From the IMG/VR virus record IMGVR_UViG_3300017766_002047, positions 1 through 45,303 of that record: a stretch of DNA of 45,303 nt; one strand, written 5' to 3'. Below the pieces are notes generated by a model. It saw nothing but the letters and a program-made list of their open reading frames with translations. It made no database searches and had not been told where the DNA came from. Shown here piece by piece: positions 41,907-45,303 of the stretch (positions are counted from its first letter, which is position 1; the number at the start of each line of letters is the position of its first letter). The stretch comes from a virus (Duplodnaviria > Caudoviricetes). A program made the translations under genes and the position numbers.

Positions 41907-42097
41907 ACCAATTCAACCGCCGACCCGAGCCCGTGGCGTGCGAGATACGCGCCATATTTGCCCCAGTGCAGCGCCGCCTAGCAGCCGAGTTGCGGGAGAA
42001 CCAATACGACCAAGCCGACCTCGTGCGCCGTACGACAGAGGACTGGCGCGACTTCGTGGCTAACCTTGACCGAGCCGCCGCGCACCTAGACGACTAA
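41903..42097 (+). CDS. Early hypothetical protein
   Basis: GTGA overlap; GGAGG upstream. Confidence 0.55.
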   Translation: MNQFNRRPEPVACEIRAIFAPVQRRLAAELRENQYDQADLVRRTTEDWRDFVANLDRAAAHLDD

Positions 42098-42102
42098 GAC
42101 AC

Positions 42103-42119
42103 GCGGCACGACAATTGCA
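42103..42119 (+). promoter_or_regulatory. Solo sigma54-like promoter
   Basis: GCGGCACGACAATTGCA in the intergenic gap, 30 nt before ATG 42149. Confidence 0.6.
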
Positions 42120-42148
42120 AAGCAGCATAGCAGCTAAGGACCGAGACA

Positions 42149-42415
42149 ATGCAAAAGCGTCACTTTGAACTGATCGCGCGGACAATCCGCTTCCGTGCTG
42201 ACTGGCAACGGCGAAACATCGCAGAGGCTGGGCAAAGCGTGGACCCCCACGGCGTGCTGATCGCGTCCGAGAACAAGCTGCACGCGTTGCGAGAGATCGC
42301 CTCAGACATGCGCGACGCACTGGCGCGTGAGAACCCCCGTTTCGATGCGGACAAGTTCATGGCCGCGTGTGGCGTGGACCCGGCGGCGTTCGGCCAACCC
42401 GACAACCAACTGTAG
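42149..42415 (+). CDS. Early hypothetical protein
   Basis: KRHFELIA...NPRFDADKFMAACG; AAGGA RBS. Confidence 0.75.
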   Translation: MQKRHFELIARTIRFRADWQRRNIAEAGQSVDPHGVLIASENKLHALREIASDMRDALARENPRFDADKFMAACGVDPAAFGQPDNQL

Positions 42416-42425
42416 GACGTACGAC

Positions 42426-42554
42426 ATGCGCGGCGCACTGGCAGCACTTGAACTAGGCGCGACGGTTGCCGTCTGCATTGGCGCGGCGTCGCTGGTAGGT
42501 TTCACGGCAGGGGCGCTGATCCTTTGCCTTTTCGGAGGACTGACGAATGCCTGA
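42426..42554 (+). CDS. Small membrane protein
   Basis: Start in a TAGGACGTACGACATG junction; hydrophobic. Confidence 0.55.
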   Translation: MRGALAALELGATVAVCIGAASLVGFTAGALILCLFGGLTNA

Positions 42555-42723
42555 CGTTGACCAGATCATGCGCTATGAGGCGGGCGAGATGGGCGAGGAG
42601 GAGATGGTTTCCATGTTCCAAGGGCTCATAGACACCGGCATGGCGTGGCGCTTGCAGGGTCACTATGGCCGCGCCGCCCAAGCGCTGATCGAGAACGGCT
42701 ACTGCACACCCCGCGCCGCGTAA
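42547..42723 (+). CDS. Small phage hypothetical protein (58 aa)
   Basis: GGAGG RBS; FQGLIDTGMAWRLQGHYGRAA motif. Confidence 0.7.
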   Translation: MPDVDQIMRYEAGEMGEEEMVSMFQGLIDTGMAWRLQGHYGRAAQALIENGYCTPRAA

Positions 42724-42750
42724 GGCGTACGACACAAACGAGGATCGACA

Positions 42751-43233
42751 ATGGACAAGCAATTCAAGGGCTGGGATCAAGGCTTCAACGTGATGGTTCT
42801 GCGGATGGCAGAGCTTACCAACCCCACCGGCTACGATATCGGGCCAGACGCGCCGACCTCACTGGAAGCGCTGAACGAGCACATCGTACGACACAAGCGC
42901 ATCAAGGTGAGCGACGCATACTCCGACCTCACGATCTTTGGCGACCCGGAAGTCAACTATGCTTGCCGGGCGTGGCACGACTGGACGCACTGGCGCTATC
43001 AAATCCCCTTCACCCTTGCGGGCGAGCACGAGGCTTTCGCGCGGCAGGTTGAGGACATGCTGAAAGTCTACGGCCACGACGCCCAGAGCGCGCGATGGAT
43101 CGAGATGTTGAAGGCCGATATCATCGGGCAGAGCGAGTACGAGGCGCGCAACGGCTCCTTCCCGGTCGATCAATTCGCGTTCAACCGGGCTTTCATGCTC
43201 AACCCCGAGGCAGCGCTGAGCGCGCAATTCTAG
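42751..43233 (+). CDS. Early hypothetical protein
   Basis: GAGGA RBS; N...RAWHD..H....F...GE motif. Confidence 0.75.
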   Translation: MDKQFKGWDQGFNVMVLRMAELTNPTGYDIGPDAPTSLEALNEHIVRHKRIKVSDAYSDLTIFGDPEVNYACRAWHDWTHWRYQIPFTLAGEHEAFARQVEDMLKVYGHDAQSARWIEMLKADIIGQSEYEARNGSFPVDQFAFNRAFMLNPEAALSAQF

Positions 43234-43243
43234 GACGTACGAC

Positions 43244-43459
43244 ATGCCCAGACAGCACGGACCAGATGACGACGGCCTGACCCTTGAACTGTGGCACAAT
43301 CGCCCGGGCGGGACCGATATCCTACTCACGCGCACCTTCACTGAGGACGAGCGCGACCTCGCAGCCGATACCGCCCGCACGCTTGCCGAGGGGCTAGCCA
43401 AGGGTTTCGGCGTCACTATCACCGAGCGCAAGCTCACAAGCTGGCATGGAGAACGCTAA
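43244..43459 (+). CDS. Early hypothetical protein
   Basis: Start in a TAGGACGTACGACATG junction. Confidence 0.65.
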   Translation: MPRQHGPDDDGLTLELWHNRPGGTDILLTRTFTEDERDLAADTARTLAEGLAKGFGVTITERKLTSWHGER

Positions 43460-43716
43460 TGCAGACGACACGCGACAAGCTGGAGATCACGATCCGGTTT
43501 CCCCAACCTGACTTCGGCGTCATCATGATCGGCGGGGAAGCCGTCATGTCGTACGACTACGAGGAGGCGCGGTATCATCTGCCCACCCCGACCTCAATCG
43601 AGCAGGCAATGCGGACGTACGGCGCGGGCCTGATCCGTGGCCTGCATCTGGGCCGGTCGCTGGCAATCAAGGCGCTGCAAGACAACGCGCCGTGGCACAG
43701 CGGCAAGCTGGGCTGA
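43459..43716 (+). CDS. Early hypothetical protein
   Basis: TAATG coupling; GGAG RBS. Confidence 0.65.
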   Translation: MQTTRDKLEITIRFPQPDFGVIMIGGEAVMSYDYEEARYHLPTPTSIEQAMRTYGAGLIRGLHLGRSLAIKALQDNAPWHSGKLG

Positions 43717-44014
43717 TGGAGATCATAGCGGCGGGTTTGTTGCTGGGGCTCGTGTATGTTTTCCCGGCGAGTGATGCGCGGCGCAGACGTACGACGCGCC
43801 TGAGACGAGAACGCGAAGCGCGCAACCGCGCCAAGCTGGACAACGGAGGCTGACTTGAAAATCGCGAGCCTGCTATTCATGGCGGCAATCCTGCTGGGGC
43901 TGGCAGTGCTCATATCGAGCGACTACCGCCCGCTCATGAGCGAGGACGACACCCCGCCGCACCTGCGGGCGGACTACGTGCCCTGCAACTGCCTGCTGGA
44001 CGAGGACGACTGAC

Positions 44015-44245
44015 ATGGCGACGACGTACGGCATCGACTACACACTGGAGCGCGAGACTGAGGACGAAACGCTCCACTTCCCGCTGAGCCTGACGTACGG
44101 CACATACGAGGCCGAGCCTGACGTGGGCATCATGACGTGGGGGATCGAGTGGGTCGGCGCGACGTACGACGGACTACATTTCCCCTTGACAGACGCCGAG
44201 GAAAGCTACTTGCTGGATTGGATACGAGAGAGGCACGAACCATGA
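44015..44245 (+). CDS. Acidic early hypothetical protein
   Basis: GAGGA RBS; ATGA overlap with the next gene. Confidence 0.65.
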   Translation: MATTYGIDYTLERETEDETLHFPLSLTYGTYEAEPDVGIMTWGIEWVGATYDGLHFPLTDAEESYLLDWIRERHEP

Positions 44246-44841
44246 GCGTGAAATATCCGAAGTTCCCGGCGGAGATACTGCCGAGCGTGGACTGGCTCAT
44301 TGCGTGGGCCAACGCACAAGCGCCCGAGGGAGCGCGCCGCCTTGGGACCGAGCTAGCGCTGCTGACCTTGCGCGCGGCGTTCAAGGAGCGCATGGCCGAG
44401 ATCGCACCAGCCGAGCAGCAAGACGGTCGTACGACTGCCTACTCTGTGCGCCTTGTGCTGCACAACGAGGCCAACGAGATCGAATGGATCAGCCGCTGGC
44501 AGCATGGCCTGCAAGGGCTGGGGAGCGTGTGGCGCTATGTCGAGGGCTCTGTGCCCTACATGCACCAATCGCGCGGCCTGACCGCTCCTCCCGCCGAACT
44601 GACGTACGACGCACTGTCCAAGCGCGAGAACACTGCGCGCGTGAGCATGTCGCGCAAGCAAAACGGCGTAGCAGCCGTGCGCGTGCCTCATGTGACGATG
44701 ACAGGTGGCGTGAGATTTGCAGCTACAGATGTGGGCCTGCCTCAGAAGTGGATACTGAGGATCGACGTGGGGCCGCAGGAACATGGCGTTGCGCTGGATC
44801 AAGCAGAGCGCGCCGCGAAATCACCGCTCGTTGTGAGCTAG
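44242..44841 (+). CDS. Early hypothetical protein
   Basis: GAGG RBS, ATG 44242. Confidence 0.65.
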   Translation: MSVKYPKFPAEILPSVDWLIAWANAQAPEGARRLGTELALLTLRAAFKERMAEIAPAEQQDGRTTAYSVRLVLHNEANEIEWISRWQHGLQGLGSVWRYVEGSVPYMHQSRGLTAPPAELTYDALSKRENTARVSMSRKQNGVAAVRVPHVTMTGGVRFAATDVGLPQKWILRIDVGPQEHGVALDQAERAAKSPLVVS

Positions 44842-44862
44842 GACGTACGACAGGAGCAGACG

Positions 44863-45303
44863 ATGGACAACCTTAGCCAGATCACCCTCGCGTGGCCTGT
44901 CAGCAATGCGAGGGGCGCACCCCATAGACGCCCCACGAAGGGCCTGCACCGCAGCGGCTACAACGGCGCTATCGTGCTGGTCAGCATCCCGCTGGACGAC
45001 CGGGGCCTTGACCCGGGCGGCGCGTTCTGGGGCTCGCAGGAGCCTCTGTGGGGCTTCTACACCCCCGATATGGGCACGCGCGGCTATGTGCGCTCCGCCA
45101 ATGAGCAGGAGGCGTGGAAGGCCGTACGGCAGATGTTCCCCCAAGCCAAGCGCAGCGTGAGCAACGCGCTCGCCAGCGGCACGGAGATCATTCTGCACGC
45201 CGGGCTGATCCGCGAAGAACTGGCGCGCGAGATCAGCAGCGACTTCCCGACGAACACGATCAACGACTACCTCGCGACGCTCTATCTGGGCTGGATCAAT
45301 CGC
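44863..45303 (+). CDS. Hypothetical early protein, 5' part; wraps across the origin and ends at TAA 211-213
   Basis: AGGAG RBS then ATG 44863. The frame MDNLSQ...LDPGGAFWGSQEPLW... stays open to the window end and continues at 124-213. Confidence 0.8.
   Translation, partial: MDNLSQITLAWPVSNARGAPHRRPTKGLHRSGYNGAIVLVSIPLDDRGLDPGGAFWGSQEPLWGFYTPDMGTRGYVRSANEQEAWKAVRQMFPQAKRSVSNALASGTEIILHAGLIREELAREISSDFPTNTINDYLATLYLGWINR
45181..45303. repeat. Terminal overlap identical to 1-123
   Basis: Direct sequence identity. Confidence 0.95.

Overview
The window is an apparently complete, circularly assembled dsDNA phage genome of about 45,180 bp: bases 1-123 repeat at 45181-45303 and one ORF reads straight across the join. 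It is GC-rich (roughly 65% by eye). It looks like a lytic podovirus, since no integrase or repressor cassette was recognised. The host is probably an alphaproteobacterium, based on a GapR homologue and apparent avoidance of GANTC. The + strand carries small early genes (40.0-45.3 kb and 0-2.7 kb), a replication module (primase-helicase, SSB-like, GapR, PolA, MazG-like, HNH, PD-(D/E)XK nuclease, VRR-NUC, SNF2 helicase) and a lysis cassette. The - strand carries a P22-like morphogenesis operon (terminase, portal, scaffold, coat, gp4/gp10-like tail, ejection proteins), a holin, and a module of a T5-A1-like protein, an HD hydrolase and a dNTP diphosphohydrolase. The most striking unexplained feature is non-coding: a phased, bidirectional array of 7 full and 2 near-match sigma54 (RpoN) -24/-12 sites in about 245 bp (39352-39595), in the divergent gap between early and late genes. 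Three solo sigma54 sites precede genes elsewhere, and the phage encodes no recognisable sigma54 activator. Other notable signals are strong genome-wide over-representation of CGTACG(AC), an element shared by the late transcription units, a sulfotransferase-like gene in the virion module and a split gp10-like tail gene. All protein calls rest on motif recognition by eye, and motif counts are manual.
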